A stretch of 64,000 bases of DNA from Thermofilaceae archaeon (GCA_038727095.1 JAVYWK010000002.1:1-64000); one strand, 5' to 3'. Positions 38,442-48,513 are shown, counted from the first letter of the stretch. Translations and numbers: made by a program. The notes: generated by a model not told the origin, from the letters alone.

Positions 38442-39777
38442 AGGGCAAATATTCGGAATCGCGAATCAGACTTTAACACCAGACATAGCAGCGAGCCTCG
38501 GCGGTGCTCTAGGAACCATGCTGGGAGAGGGCGCGCTCGTGGTCACGGCACGCGACAACTACCCTCCGTCCCGAATGCTGAAGCGGGCGTTCTCGGCAGG
38601 CCTCATGTCGACCGGAATCTCCGTCATGGATTTCCACTCTGCGACGACCCCTGAGCTGATCTTCGCTATAAAGCGGTTAGGTGCAAAAGCTGGCGTACAA
38701 TTCACCGTAGCTCCGCTCGAGCGTGACGGTATAGCGATTAAGATCTTCGACTCGCAGGGGCTTGTCTTCTCCATAGAGAGGATGGAGGAGCTAGCTGATC
38801 GCGCCGGCTCGGGGAAGATCGTGAGAAGCCTGCCTGCCGCGATTGGATGGGTTACTTACGCTGAGTATGTGCACGATATATACGCAGCAGCCGTTGCCGG
38901 CTACCTTGACTCGCACACGATCGCCAGCAAACGTTACAGGATGGTTTGCGACGTAAACTTTGGCCCAGCGTCGGAGGTCCTCCCCAACCTGCTCTCAGAA
39001 CTGGGTATCGAAGGGGTAATGCTCAACGCTCATCGGCCTCCCTTCAGAGGCTCTGTGACACACATGTCTGATCCACACTCCATTGAGATGCTGAAGGGAA
39101 TCGTAAGAGCATCTGACGCCGTGCTGGGCGTTAGTTTCTGCGCGGACGCCACAAGAGCTTTAGTTATCGACGATGAAGGAAAGCCTTTATCCAGCGAAGA
39201 GTTTGCCAGCCTAATTGCGCTCGGGATGCCCTCTGGTACGCGCATCATTGTTTCCGAGTCTATGGGCTCGATGATAGACGAAGTTTGCAAAAAGGTAGGA
39301 GCGAGAGTAATTAGAGTCAGAGGCTTGAAGCACGACCTAATTAGAGTGGCCAGGCGTTCGGGCTCTCATCTAGTAGCTACGAGCGGGAACGAGGTTATCT
39401 TCACGGACTTCTCGCTCTCACCTGATGGGATGCTGGCTACATTAAAACTGCTAGAGCACCTGGCCAAAACGGATCAATCGCTATCGTCAGCGAGGGATTC
39501 GCTCCCGAAAATACAAATGATAACCAGGACGGTCAAGCTAGGCGGCGTTAACTACCTAAGCGCTTTGAGAGCGATTTACAGGAGCTTTAGGACAGCAACG
39601 CTAACCATAACGGGCCTTAGAGTTAGAGTTGATAGTATATGGGTGAACGTTGAAGCGTCCCGCGACAGGGTAGAGCTCAGCTGCGAGAGCGTTGAGGGGG
39701 CTGACGAGATCATCGATAGGTTCGCCGAAAAAGTAGGTAGCCTGATCAGAGAGCTCAAAGGCGAGAGCGTCCGCTAA
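38416..39777 (+). CDS. Phosphoglucomutase/phosphomannomutase-fold protein with degenerate catalytic motifs
   Basis: FGIAN..LTP, ARD...SRMLKRA..AGL, TPEL retained; phospho-Ser and DxDxD loops not conserved; TTG start after GAGGGGGG. Confidence 0.85.
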   Translation: MSLELEWDEGQIFGIANQTLTPDIAASLGGALGTMLGEGALVVTARDNYPPSRMLKRAFSAGLMSTGISVMDFHSATTPELIFAIKRLGAKAGVQFTVAPLERDGIAIKIFDSQGLVFSIERMEELADRAGSGKIVRSLPAAIGWVTYAEYVHDIYAAAVAGYLDSHTIASKRYRMVCDVNFGPASEVLPNLLSELGIEGVMLNAHRPPFRGSVTHMSDPHSIEMLKGIVRASDAVLGVSFCADATRALVIDDEGKPLSSEEFASLIALGMPSGTRIIVSESMGSMIDEVCKKVGARVIRVRGLKHDLIRVARRSGSHLVATSGNEVIFTDFSLSPDGMLATLKLLEHLAKTDQSLSSARDSLPKIQMITRTVKLGGVNYLSALRAIYRSFRTATLTITGLRVRVDSIWVNVEASRDRVELSCESVEGADEIIDRFAEKVGSLIRELKGESVR

Positions 39778-39778
39778 G

Positions 39779-40432
39779 ATGCTGAGCCTAGGCGTGGATC
39801 TAGCTGGCAGCTCTAAACGCCCCACCGGTATGTGCCTCCTGGACGATAACCTCAACGCAAAGACCTGGATCGTATACAGTGACGAAGAGATAATACGTGC
39901 TGCTACCGAGCTCCACCCTAGCGTTGTGGCCATAGATGCTCCCCTCTCGCTACCGCTAGGACGCTCCAGTCTAGACGACAGGACAGGCCCCCACTTCAGA
40001 GAGTGTGATATGGCTCTCAGGAGACTTGGCATAAAGTTCTTCCCAATCACGCTGGGTCCGATGCGTGCGTTGACCGCGAGGGGTATGCAGATAAAGACCG
40101 ACCTCGAAAAAAGAGGTTACACTGTGATCGAAGTTTACCCGGGTGGAGCACAAGACGTGCTAAGGATCCCTCGAAAGAGCGCTGGTCTGGAAGCGCTCCA
40201 ATCAGGTCTCGAAAAACTGGGCATCAAGCTGGCAAACTCCTCAGCCGGCCCCGATGAGCTCGACGCGGTAACCGCGGCCTACGTAGGCTTGCTCTACCTT
40301 AGCGGGGAAGCCATAGCTCTCGGCGGTAAGGATGGTTCAATCATTATGCCGAAACCTCCTCCAGAATTTCTGAAAGAGAGGCAAGAACGATGTCGGGCTT
40401 CAAAGGTGAGGAGGAGAGCTCGTCCAAGGTAG
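39779..40432 (+). CDS. DUF429-like predicted nuclease (RNase H-like fold)
   Basis: GVDLAG, AIDAPLSLP, RECD, IEVYPG, DELDA. Confidence 0.85.
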   Translation: MLSLGVDLAGSSKRPTGMCLLDDNLNAKTWIVYSDEEIIRAATELHPSVVAIDAPLSLPLGRSSLDDRTGPHFRECDMALRRLGIKFFPITLGPMRALTARGMQIKTDLEKRGYTVIEVYPGGAQDVLRIPRKSAGLEALQSGLEKLGIKLANSSAGPDELDAVTAAYVGLLYLSGEAIALGGKDGSIIMPKPPPEFLKERQERCRASKVRRRARPR

Positions 40433-41147
40433 TAGAGCCCGAGAGGACGAGCGCCGCTGCTATGCCCAGACGCTTAGCTCCGGCAATGTCAGTATCGATT
40501 CTATCGCCAACAACCAGCGTTTTAGAGGGATCTAAGCGCTTTTCCTCTAAGACCATCTCGAACATCGTCGAAGAGGGCTTCCCGATAACTACGTCTGGCT
40601 TTCTGCCCGAAGCTCTTTCTAAAGCCGCCACAATCGCGCCCGCACCTGGAAGCACGCCGTCCTCAACAGGTAACGTGGGGTCTTCGTTCGTAGCTACGAA
40701 TAGCGCGCCATGATTCAGGCATTTGAGCGCATCGGCCAACTTCTGGTACGTAAGATGCCTGTCTATTCCCACAACTAGGCACTCTGCATGCTGTGGGTCT
40801 GTGAGTTCGATACCTTCTCTCTCCAACTCTTCCACTAATCCCTCCTCGCCCACCACGTAAACCCTACTCACGCGTATTCTCCGTAGCACTCTCGCCGTAA
40901 CGTAGCTGCTACAGTAAATGTCGCCTAGCGAAACGTCAAATCCCATTCTGCGCATCTTCTCCAGGTAACCGTTCCGTGATAGTGAAGCATTGTTAGTAAC
41001 GAAGACTACCACTTTTCCAGCTGCTTTAAGAGCTTTTACCGCTTCACGCGCACCTGCGATCGGTTTATCTCCTCTCCAGAGGACACCGTCACAATCGAGG
41101 ATGAAGCCTTTGAAAGGAAGAAAAGTCTGCTTAATCTTCGTGTTCAT
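40344..41147 (-). CDS. HAD-IIA family hydrolase (NagD-like)
   Basis: DCDGVLW, VTNN, GKP, VGDRIDTDI, VLSG. Confidence 0.93.
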   Translation of the reverse strand: MNTKIKQTFLPFKGFILDCDGVLWRGDKPIAGAREAVKALKAAGKVVVFVTNNASLSRNGYLEKMRRMGFDVSLGDIYCSSYVTARVLRRIRVSRVYVVGEEGLVEELEREGIELTDPQHAECLVVGIDRHLTYQKLADALKCLNHGALFVATNEDPTLPVEDGVLPGAGAIVAALERASGRKPDVVIGKPSSTMFEMVLEEKRLDPSKTLVVGDRIDTDIAGAKRLGIAAALVLSGSTTLDELSSSPLKPDIVLASLSEILEEVSA

Positions 41148-41153
41148 GGGCTT

Positions 41154-42464
41154 CTAAAGGCCTCTCCTGATGGCCTTCAAGCCCAAATAGACTGCCTCCC
41201 CTGCTAAGTACTCTTCTATCCTGAGTAGCTCGTTGTACTTAGCCGTTCTCTCGCCCCTCGCGGGAGCACCGGTCTTTATTTGGCCACAGCTCAGCGCGAC
41301 AGCAATGTGGGCAATGGACGCATCTTCGGTTTCGCCACTCCTGTGCGAGACGATTACGTTGAGCCCGCACCTTTGAGCGAGGCGTGCTGCCTCTAAAGCT
41401 TCGGTCAACGTCCCTATCTGGTTAACTTTGAGTAGGAGCGCGCTCGCAGCGCCCACCTCAATTCCTTTCGCGAGGCGCTCAACGTTTGTTACGAAGAGAT
41501 CATCGCCAACGACTTGCACGTCCCGCTGCTTCAGCTTGCTGGTAATCTCCCTGAATCCCTCGAAATCCTCTTCCTCGAGGGGGTCTTCCAGCGAAACTAT
41601 CGGATACTCGTTGACTAACTCCAAGTAGTAATCTATCAGTTCGCCCCTACCCAGCTCCTTACCGTCGATTCTGTAGCGTCCTCCGGTGTAGAAGCTTGAA
41701 GCTGCTGCATCGAGTGCTAGGACGAACTCGTTGCCCGGCTCATAGCCGGCCTTCTTAATCGCTTCGATGAGCGCGTTCAAGGCCTCCCTGCTCTCTTTCA
41801 TGGGTGGAGCAAAGCCGCCCTCGTCTCCGACGTTGATGGAGCTCTTACCGTACCTCCAGACGAGGACTTCCTTGAGACTGTAGTAAACTTCGCACGCCAT
41901 TCTAAGCGCTTCCGAGAACTTGTCGCTCCCCACAGGCACTATCATGAACTCCTGGATGCTCAGCTCGTTGCCAGCGTGCTTGCCACCGTTAATCACGTTC
42001 ATGAGTGGAGTAGGCAACACTCGCGCGAGCTTTCCACCTAAGTACTGGAAGAGTGGCATTCCGTAAGTCGAAGCAGCGGCCTTAGCTGTAGCTAGCGATA
42101 CCGCTAGTATTGCGTTCGCGCCGAGCTTCGACTTGTTCGGCGTACCGTCTAGCTCGATCATGACCTTGTCAACCCTCTCCTGATCCCTTGAATCCATACC
42201 GATTACCCGCTGTGCTATCAACCCGTTGATGTTGGACACGGCTTTCTCTACACCTTTCCCATGGAACTTCTTACCACCATCCCTCAGTTCCAGTGCCTCG
42301 TACGTGCCACGCGAAGCGCCGGCAGGCGCGGCTGCTGTCCCAATGCCACCACCAGCTGTAACTACGTCAGCCTCGACAGTGGGGTTTCCTCTCGAGTCTA
42401 AGATCCACCTACCCTTTACGAGAACTATCGTGAACTCGTTCTCTACGGGAGGGGTTTCGCTCAT
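41154..42464 (-). CDS. eno: Enolase
   Basis: ILDSRGNPTVE, LGANA, GDEGGFAP, VGDDLFVTN, SHRSGETED, KTGAPARGER. Confidence 0.98.
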   Translation of the reverse strand: MSETPPVENEFTIVLVKGRWILDSRGNPTVEADVVTAGGGIGTAAAPAGASRGTYEALELRDGGKKFHGKGVEKAVSNINGLIAQRVIGMDSRDQERVDKVMIELDGTPNKSKLGANAILAVSLATAKAAASTYGMPLFQYLGGKLARVLPTPLMNVINGGKHAGNELSIQEFMIVPVGSDKFSEALRMACEVYYSLKEVLVWRYGKSSINVGDEGGFAPPMKESREALNALIEAIKKAGYEPGNEFVLALDAAASSFYTGGRYRIDGKELGRGELIDYYLELVNEYPIVSLEDPLEEEDFEGFREITSKLKQRDVQVVGDDLFVTNVERLAKGIEVGAASALLLKVNQIGTLTEALEAARLAQRCGLNVIVSHRSGETEDASIAHIAVALSCGQIKTGAPARGERTAKYNELLRIEEYLAGEAVYLGLKAIRRGL

Positions 42465-42581
42465 CAAGCTACGCGCATAGGGAAGGTTATAAAACCATTA
42501 TCTCTATGCTCTCGAATGGTGCAAGCCGAATAATGGAAAGACAATCGCCAAAAATATTTTTACGAGTGGAAGATACACCCC

Positions 42582-43337
42582 GTGGGCACTCATAGGGTTA
42601 AAGGAGCCGTCCTTTGCGGCGGCACTGGTTCACGGCTAAGGCCTTTGACCTACTACTTTCAGAAAACCATGATACCGATCGGTCTCAAGCAGAAGCCGCT
42701 TCTCGAGTACGTCATCCGACTGATGAAGTACCACGGGGTGGCGGACGTAGCATTACTCGTGAACTATAAGGCTGAGCAAATCATGAACTACTTCGATGAT
42801 GGGACCCGTTTCGGAGTGAGACTCGAGTATGTCCACGATGACCCCAACTATAGAGGGAACGGGGGTGCTCTACTCAACGCTAGCCGCAGAGGGGTCTTCT
42901 CCGGGTTTGACGACGTGCTCATCTACTACGGGGACATCCTAACCAACCTTGATCTCACAGATATGCTACGCGTACACCGTGAGAAGGGTGCTGCAGCCAC
43001 TCTAGCTCTCTCAACCAACTATATTGTTAGTGTGGGCGTAGCAGAGGTCGCAGGTACGAAAATCGTGAGCCTCAGGGAGAAACCACCGTTGGGCAAGCCT
43101 GTCGTGATAGGGGTGCTCGCAGTAAAAACAGAGGTTCTGGAAATCCTTGAAGAGTTAGCAAAACCTCAGCAAGAGCTGGACATCATGCAGCACTTCATCC
43201 CGCTGCTCATAGAGCGCGGTTACCACGTTGAAGGCTACCTAACCGATGCCTTCTGGTACGATGTAGGCTCAACGGAGAGGTACGAGAAACTCGACCCGCA
43301 TGTTGTGGACGAAGCACTGGGCTTTCTCCTAGCTTAG
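42582..43337 (+). CDS. Nucleotidyltransferase family protein (sugar-phosphate NTP transferase)
   Basis: CGGTGSRLRPLT, YGDILT, EKP, WYDVG. Confidence 0.88.
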   Translation: MGTHRVKGAVLCGGTGSRLRPLTYYFQKTMIPIGLKQKPLLEYVIRLMKYHGVADVALLVNYKAEQIMNYFDDGTRFGVRLEYVHDDPNYRGNGGALLNASRRGVFSGFDDVLIYYGDILTNLDLTDMLRVHREKGAAATLALSTNYIVSVGVAEVAGTKIVSLREKPPLGKPVVIGVLAVKTEVLEILEELAKPQQELDIMQHFIPLLIERGYHVEGYLTDAFWYDVGSTERYEKLDPHVVDEALGFLLA

Positions 43338-43507
43338 AAAAGCCTTCTAGGCGCGTTTATAACCAACCTGTACACGAACCCTCGGAGAGTATGTTCTTCG
43401 GGGGGAGTAAGCCCTAAATCCGGAGCAATTTGATGCCCATCCAGCAACAGTTGAGCATCGGAGGTAAAAACCCACAAAGGAGAAGCGTACGGCCGCGCGG
43501 ACTCAGC

Positions 43508-43939
43508 TTAGACACGCCTGCCCCTGCGCCCGCCGGGCTTCCTTATGCTATCGGTAGGCAGCGGCGTGACGTCCTCCACTCGATCTACTATTAAACCGGC
43601 TCTGACGAGCGCTCGGATTGCTGGCCCCGCGCCCGGTCCCGGGGTCTTGGGGCCATAGCCGCCCGGAGCTTTTACTTTCACATGGACCACCCTTATCCCT
43701 TTCTCCAGTGCTATCCTAGCAGCCCGTGCTGCAGCCTGCATGGCTGCCCAGGGGCTGGGCTTATCTCTGTCGGCTTTAGCAATCATTCCACCTGTTACGA
43801 AGGCTATGGTCTCAGCACCGCTGAGATCCGTTATGTGGATTATTGTATTGTTGTAGCTAGCGTAGATCCACGCTATGCCCACATCGCTCTTCCTAGAACC
43901 TCCATGCCCCTTATCGCTCGCGCGCGCTTCTTCACTCAC
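43508..43939 (-). CDS. rps11: 30S ribosomal protein S11
   Basis: [38 protein letters not shown]; GTG 43939 follows GGAGGTG. Confidence 0.97.
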   Translation of the reverse strand: MSEEARASDKGHGGSRKSDVGIAWIYASYNNTIIHITDLSGAETIAFVTGGMIAKADRDKPSPWAAMQAAARAARIALEKGIRVVHVKVKAPGGYGPKTPGPGAGPAIRALVRAGLIVDRVEDVTPLPTDSIRKPGGRRGRRV

Positions 43940-43978
43940 ATTACCCACCTCCGAAAGCCATTATTTTTAAACTTGGGT

Positions 43979-44500
43979 TTAAACTTGAGCACCAATTTCG
44001 CCTGACGCTTTCTGGGCTAAGGACGATATTGGGTAGAAACCAATCCGCTCCTCTTCCTCCCTTGACACCATGTACCCCGGGCTCCTCACTCGTCGCCCCC
44101 CTATCGCTATGTGGCCGTGCGCTATTAGTTGGCGCGCGTGATACAGGCTGGTAGCTAATCCCTTCTTGTAAATGATCGTCTGAAGACGCCTCTCGAGGAC
44201 GTCCTCAACTGTCAATCTGAGAATGTCGCTTAGAGATGCTTCCTCGCTCGCCAGCAGCCCAAGGTTGTATAGCTTGGATATTAACGGTCTTGCACGAACC
44301 TCTCTCAGCTCTGGGGGTAACGCAAGTAGTCGTCTAGCCCGCATCCTCCATCTGCGGAGCATTGTCCGGGCGACCCAAAGCTCCCTCTTATTGCGCAAGC
44401 CGTACTTACCTATTAGCTCAAGCTCCTGCGTTAAAACATCCTTACGCCAAGGATGCGCAGGTCCCTCCCACTTTTTCTTCGGCTTTTTCGGATCCCCCAT
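43979..44500 (-). CDS. rps4: 30S ribosomal protein S4
   Basis: MGDPKKPKKKW..P.HPW, YGLRNKRE, LERRLQT, ARQLIAHGHI. Confidence 0.97.
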   Translation of the reverse strand: MGDPKKPKKKWEGPAHPWRKDVLTQELELIGKYGLRNKRELWVARTMLRRWRMRARRLLALPPELREVRARPLISKLYNLGLLASEEASLSDILRLTVEDVLERRLQTIIYKKGLATSLYHARQLIAHGHIAIGGRRVRSPGYMVSREEEERIGFYPISSLAQKASGEIGAQV

Positions 44501-44509
44501 CTAGGACAC

Positions 44510-44962
44510 CTACTTCCTCGGTTTCTTTACACCTATGGTAATACCTGTTCTACCCGTGGTTCTAGTCCGCTGCCCCCTGACCTTAAGCCCCAGCATATGC
44601 CGTATTCCTCTCCAGCACTTTATCTCCTTCATCAAATCTATGTCGCTTTTGACCGTGAGCACGAGATCAGCTCCGATCAAATGCCTGTCAATGCCGAGCC
44701 GTGGATCTTGTCGCCTGTTGTAAAGCCAGGAGAGCAAACCGAGTTTATGCAGCTCTCTCACAGCTTCATCAACCTTGCTTATCTCCTCTTCTGTAAGGGA
44801 GCCGAGCTTCCTCCTCGTGTCAATTCCAAGCTTGCGGCACAGCGCATACGCGGTGTTTACGCCGATGCCCTTTATCAAGGATAAAGCGTAAACTATGTTC
44901 TTGTCCCCTGGAAGATCCTTGTCCGCTATGCGGACTATGTACTTGAACTCCTGCTCAGCCAT
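44510..44962 (-). CDS. rps13: 30S ribosomal protein S13
   Basis: IKGIG, WRGIRH.LGLKVRGQRTRTTGR. Confidence 0.97.
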   Translation of the reverse strand: MAEQEFKYIVRIADKDLPGDKNIVYALSLIKGIGVNTAYALCRKLGIDTRRKLGSLTEEEISKVDEAVRELHKLGLLSWLYNRRQDPRLGIDRHLIGADLVLTVKSDIDLMKEIKCWRGIRHMLGLKVRGQRTRTTGRTGITIGVKKPRK

Positions 44963-45024
44963 ACAATCGTCAAGCCCATTTACTCGTGCTTTTAACTCTT
45001 CTGCTAGAACCCTACCGTCTGGAG

Positions 45025-45127
45025 TGGCGCCGGGGCCGGGATTCGAACCCGGGAGCCCCTAAAGGGGCAGTGGCTACCTAGAGCAGGTACTCCAGGCCAC
45101 CGCCTTGGTCCACTCGGCCACCCCGGC
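45025..45127 (-). tRNA. tRNA-Ser(GGA) with 14-nt intron at position 37/38, CCA encoded
   Basis: Acceptor GCCGGGG/CCCCGGC, G discriminator plus CCA, anticodon stem GTGGC/GCCAC, anticodon at 45091-45093, long variable arm GCCCC-TTTA-GGGGC, GGTTCGAATCC; intron 45076-45089. Confidence 0.95.
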
Positions 45128-45150
45128 TACAGGGGCATTGCTCAGCTCTC

Positions 45151-45160
45151 TATTAAACTT
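45151..45160 (-). promoter_or_regulatory. TATA box of tRNA-Ser
   Basis: Minus strand AAGTTTAATA about 24-33 nt upstream of the mature 5' end. Confidence 0.55.
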
Positions 45161-45249
45161 GCTTCTTTCATATGCCTGTACCAATGCTTCACGAAAGTGC
45201 AGAGGCCTCCAAGAGATAACCGCCGCGTCGGTTAATGCTTAATAATTGG

Positions 45250-46248
45250 TTATGTCTGCTTACTGCTACCCCACATCCTGGGGTAGGTTCCAGGCTTCAT
45301 AATGACAGTTTCGGGCTTAACCGCTTCTCCCTTCTTCGCAGCAACCATTTGCTCGCTCCTCATTAGGGCTCTACCTATCGCGACCAACTCGTCCTTTTTC
45401 GTAAAGATGGCCACAACATCCCCAACTTTGATCCCCGCATCAACGAGTAATATTCCGGGCACCGCTAGAGGAGCTCCGTGAGCGATTGCATCGACCGCGC
45501 TGTCGCGAACAACTATACGAGGTAAGTGCTCGACAACTCGCTCGACGGGAATCACCGCTCGCCTAATGTAGTCTTCATTGCCATCCTCTCGCCAGGCTGC
45601 GAAGGCATCAGCAACGTCGTGCAACGTGACGCTCTCCTCTTCCCTCAGGCTGCCGCTCCTTATCCTCCTGAGCTCCTGCATGTGGGCTCCTACTCCTAGC
45701 AAGATGCCAACGTCGTGGCAGAACTTTCTGATGTACGTGCCTGCCTCGCACCACATCCAGAACAGTACGTCCCTACCCGCAACTTCTAGGACTTTTACGT
45801 CATAGATACGTCTAACCCTTAACGCCCTCTTGACCGCCGACCTGAGCGGAGGCCTCTGATAGACAGGTCCCTTAAACATGCTAACAACACGCTTTACCTC
45901 ATCTTCGTCAGCATCGCCATGCAACCTCATAACGCCAACGTACTCCTTGTCTTCAGCCAGGAGGAAGGGTACAACCTTTATCGACCTGTTGAGCAGTATG
46001 GGTAAAACACCTGTCACTTTGGGATCAAGGGTGCCTGCATGCGCGATCTTCTCGATGCCGGTGATCCTCCTTAGCCAAGCGACGATTTCGTGGCTGGAGG
46101 GCCCGGGTGGCTTATCGAGATTTACAGCTCCAAACTCTAGCAGCTCTTCTACGCTGCGCTCCTCGGGACGCTTACCGTAACTCGAAATCGGCTCCTCATC
46201 TCTTATGAGAACTTCCTTAGACCCTTTTTTTGGCGCAGCTTCAATCAT
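45250..46248 (-). CDS. cbf5: H/ACA RNA-guided pseudouridine synthase Cbf5
   Basis: [45 protein letters not shown] domain, TYPRMW. Confidence 0.97.
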   Translation of the reverse strand: MIEAAPKKGSKEVLIRDEEPISSYGKRPEERSVEELLEFGAVNLDKPPGPSSHEIVAWLRRITGIEKIAHAGTLDPKVTGVLPILLNRSIKVVPFLLAEDKEYVGVMRLHGDADEDEVKRVVSMFKGPVYQRPPLRSAVKRALRVRRIYDVKVLEVAGRDVLFWMWCEAGTYIRKFCHDVGILLGVGAHMQELRRIRSGSLREEESVTLHDVADAFAAWREDGNEDYIRRAVIPVERVVEHLPRIVVRDSAVDAIAHGAPLAVPGILLVDAGIKVGDVVAIFTKKDELVAIGRALMRSEQMVAAKKGEAVKPETVIMKPGTYPRMWGSSKQT

Positions 46249-46532
46249 GCCTTAATTAGCGGCTTTAGCGGCGCTCTCATTTCGTTAACCAGCCCGGCTT
46301 TCTCAATAGCCTGAAGAACAGCCTCGTCACCGGCACCCTTAGGTACATCGATCTTGTACGGTAACGGCTCCAAGTGTTTTATGTTAACCCTCCTTCTCTT
46401 CACTCCGGTGAGTGTTTTAGGACCTGTTACCAAGACGAAATTATCGTCGATTATTTCTACTATGACGCACTTTCGACCAGCTTCTCTGCCGGCAATCTTC
46501 ACGCACACTCTGCCAACGTCGAAGATCCTCAT
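46245..46532 (-). CDS. rpl14e: 50S ribosomal protein L14e
   Basis: [34 protein letters not shown]; start ATG 46532. Confidence 0.96.
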   Translation of the reverse strand: MRIFDVGRVCVKIAGREAGRKCVIVEIIDDNFVLVTGPKTLTGVKRRRVNIKHLEPLPYKIDVPKGAGDEAVLQAIEKAGLVNEMRAPLKPLIKA

Positions 46533-46803
46533 AGCGGTATGGGCTCCACCGCTACTGCTTAAAAATATGCTTTCACTAAAACCTCGATACGGATTCCTAC
46601 TCGCTACTCCCCCGTACATTGTAGGGATAGCTACGGTTCATCAGTTACCGCTTTAGCGTTTGGTAGAACCGGATGGACGTACTAACAGGGGGTAGTACGC
46701 TTAACCTACCAGTTGAAACGCAGTAGCATACAGGGAGTGTAACGCCTGATAGTTGGTAGACATGTTCTTAAGCTCTAATTACCATTTTACCGGGAGGCCA
46801 GGC

Positions 46804-47478
46804 GTGAAGGAGCGTCGTCGAATGCTCGCTGAGTTGCTGAAGCTTCAAGGTGTGATGAGAAGTGAGAAAGTGATGCAAGCCTTCCTGAAAGTACCCAGAG
46901 AGGAGTTCGTTCTTCCCGAATACAGGGATGAGGCTTACGAAGACCACCCCCTGCCGATCCTGAAGGGGCAGACAATATCCGCACCTCACATGTGCGCTAT
47001 AATGTGCGAAGCAGCAGAAATCGAAAGGGGGGACACAGTGCTTGAGATAGGCACTGGGAGCGGGTATCAAGCCGCTTTGTGCACTGAGATCGTCTCGCCT
47101 ACCGGTGAGCCGGTAGACGGACTCGTTCTCACAGTGGAGGTGATAGCGGAGCTAGCCCGTTTCGCTCGTGACAACTTGAAGCGGGCAAACTACTACGACC
47201 GCGTGCACCTCGTTGTAGCAGACGGCAGCTGCGGTTCACCCGTGAGAGGGGATTTTCGGTTCAAGAGGATCCTTGTCACAGCCGCAGCTCCCAGCATTCC
47301 GCCACCCTTGCTAGAACAGCTGGATGAAAACGGCTCATTGGTCATCCCTGTAGGACCGCGATGGCACCAGCTTCTAGTAGCTGTAAGAAAAATGAGGGGG
47401 GAGTTTATCAGAGAGCCTGTCACTTACTGCATATTTGTTGCGCTGAGAGGGAAGTACGGTTACGATGATCGCAGTTGA
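46804..47478 (+). CDS. pcm: Protein-L-isoaspartate O-methyltransferase
   Basis: VPREEF, GQTISAPHM, VLEIGTGSGYQAA, VTAAAP, LVIPVG; GTG 46804 after GGGAGG. Confidence 0.95.
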   Translation: MKERRRMLAELLKLQGVMRSEKVMQAFLKVPREEFVLPEYRDEAYEDHPLPILKGQTISAPHMCAIMCEAAEIERGDTVLEIGTGSGYQAALCTEIVSPTGEPVDGLVLTVEVIAELARFARDNLKRANYYDRVHLVVADGSCGSPVRGDFRFKRILVTAAAPSIPPPLLEQLDENGSLVIPVGPRWHQLLVAVRKMRGEFIREPVTYCIFVALRGKYGYDDRS

Positions 47479-47944
47479 ATGCATCAGAGCTCGGGGTCAC
47501 CCCCTCGTACAAGCTACTCACAGGTCTACACTTGAAATCACATGTGATCCGGAGCTGACGAAAGGGGGTGACTGTATAATCGCGGTTAACGCCGACAAGG
47601 GAGCCAAGCACCTATCCCCCCTTTTTAAAAGGTTGGCAGCTGACGATGCAACACGCATCGTAATTGTCTTGGTTTGCAACGGGCTTGTCGAAGTCATTAG
47701 AGCGTGGGGGCACTCTGGCTTAACGTTTGAAAGCCCAAACTCGCTGGTGGTCAGGCGCAGTTCGTTCATTGACGGACGTACAGTAGCTGTGAAAAGCGAT
47801 AAAGCGGCCATCAACATGGATCGGCGCATGATAGCTCTGCTCCAGCGCTCAGCTGAGCTCAAGGCGTACCTTTTCGCGTGCAGCAAGGATGAAAATACGG
47901 TAGAGTCTAAGATCCTGGAACTATTTAAAAGCGCGCACGCGTGA
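47465..47944 (+). CDS. DUF371-like conserved archaeal protein
   Basis: ARGHP.V.ATH.STLEIT.D..LT..GDCII, VVRRSSF.D.RT. Confidence 0.88.
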   Translation: MIAVECIRARGHPLVQATHRSTLEITCDPELTKGGDCIIAVNADKGAKHLSPLFKRLAADDATRIVIVLVCNGLVEVIRAWGHSGLTFESPNSLVVRRSSFIDGRTVAVKSDKAAINMDRRMIALLQRSAELKAYLFACSKDENTVESKILELFKSAHA

Positions 47945-48513
47945 ATCCTTCCATGCGTAAGGTGAACGTGCTCGTTACCGGTCGCCCTGGTATAGGTAAA
48001 ACCACGCTCGTAATGAGGGTTGTCGAAGAAATAAGGAACCACGGTTTTAAGGTGGGAGGTTTTATCTCACGCGAGGAAAGGGCCGGTGGAAGCCGCATAG
48101 GGTTTATACTGATCGATTTGGCGACGGGAGAGCAGGCGTACCTGGCGCGCGTGGGTACAGGGGCTCCCCGCATCGGCAAGTATGTTGTTTTGGTCGATAA
48201 CCTCGAGCGGCTTGGCGTTAAGGCTGTCATCGAGGCCATTGGTTCGGCCGATCTAGTCGTCATCGATGAAATAGGCCCGATGGAGCTGCTCTCGCAAGCT
48301 TTTAAGAGAGCTGTGGTGCAAGCCCTCGATTCTCCAAAGCCGGTTCTGGCTACAGTACACTATAGGGCGAGAGATGATCCCTTCGGTAGAGCGCTACTGT
48401 CGCGGGATGATTACCATATGTTTACGGTGACCGAGAACAATCGCGAGAGCCTTTACCTCCAAGTGGCTAAGCTAATAAATGCCTCTTTGAGGAACGGGCT
48501 TCATTCGTTTTAA
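47941..48513 (+). CDS. Nucleoside-triphosphatase (THEP1/NTPase_1 family)
   Basis: TGRPGIGKTT, R.GF, GKYVV, VIDEIGPMEL, ATVH. Confidence 0.93.
   Translation: MNPSMRKVNVLVTGRPGIGKTTLVMRVVEEIRNHGFKVGGFISREERAGGSRIGFILIDLATGEQAYLARVGTGAPRIGKYVVLVDNLERLGVKAVIEAIGSADLVVIDEIGPMELLSQAFKRAVVQALDSPKPVLATVHYRARDDPFGRALLSRDDYHMFTVTENNRESLYLQVAKLINASLRNGLHSF

Noticed and set aside
43338-43507. Possible ncRNA (RNase P or C/D sRNA) after TTTATAA at 43356 between convergent genes
   Set aside because: No RNase P conserved regions or complete C/D boxes are recognisable, only a short GATGC/GCATC stem; RNA-seq would be needed.
46005-46050. Crenarchaeal cbf5 pre-mRNA intron
   Set aside because: The catalytic [11 protein letters not shown] region is uninterrupted and in frame.
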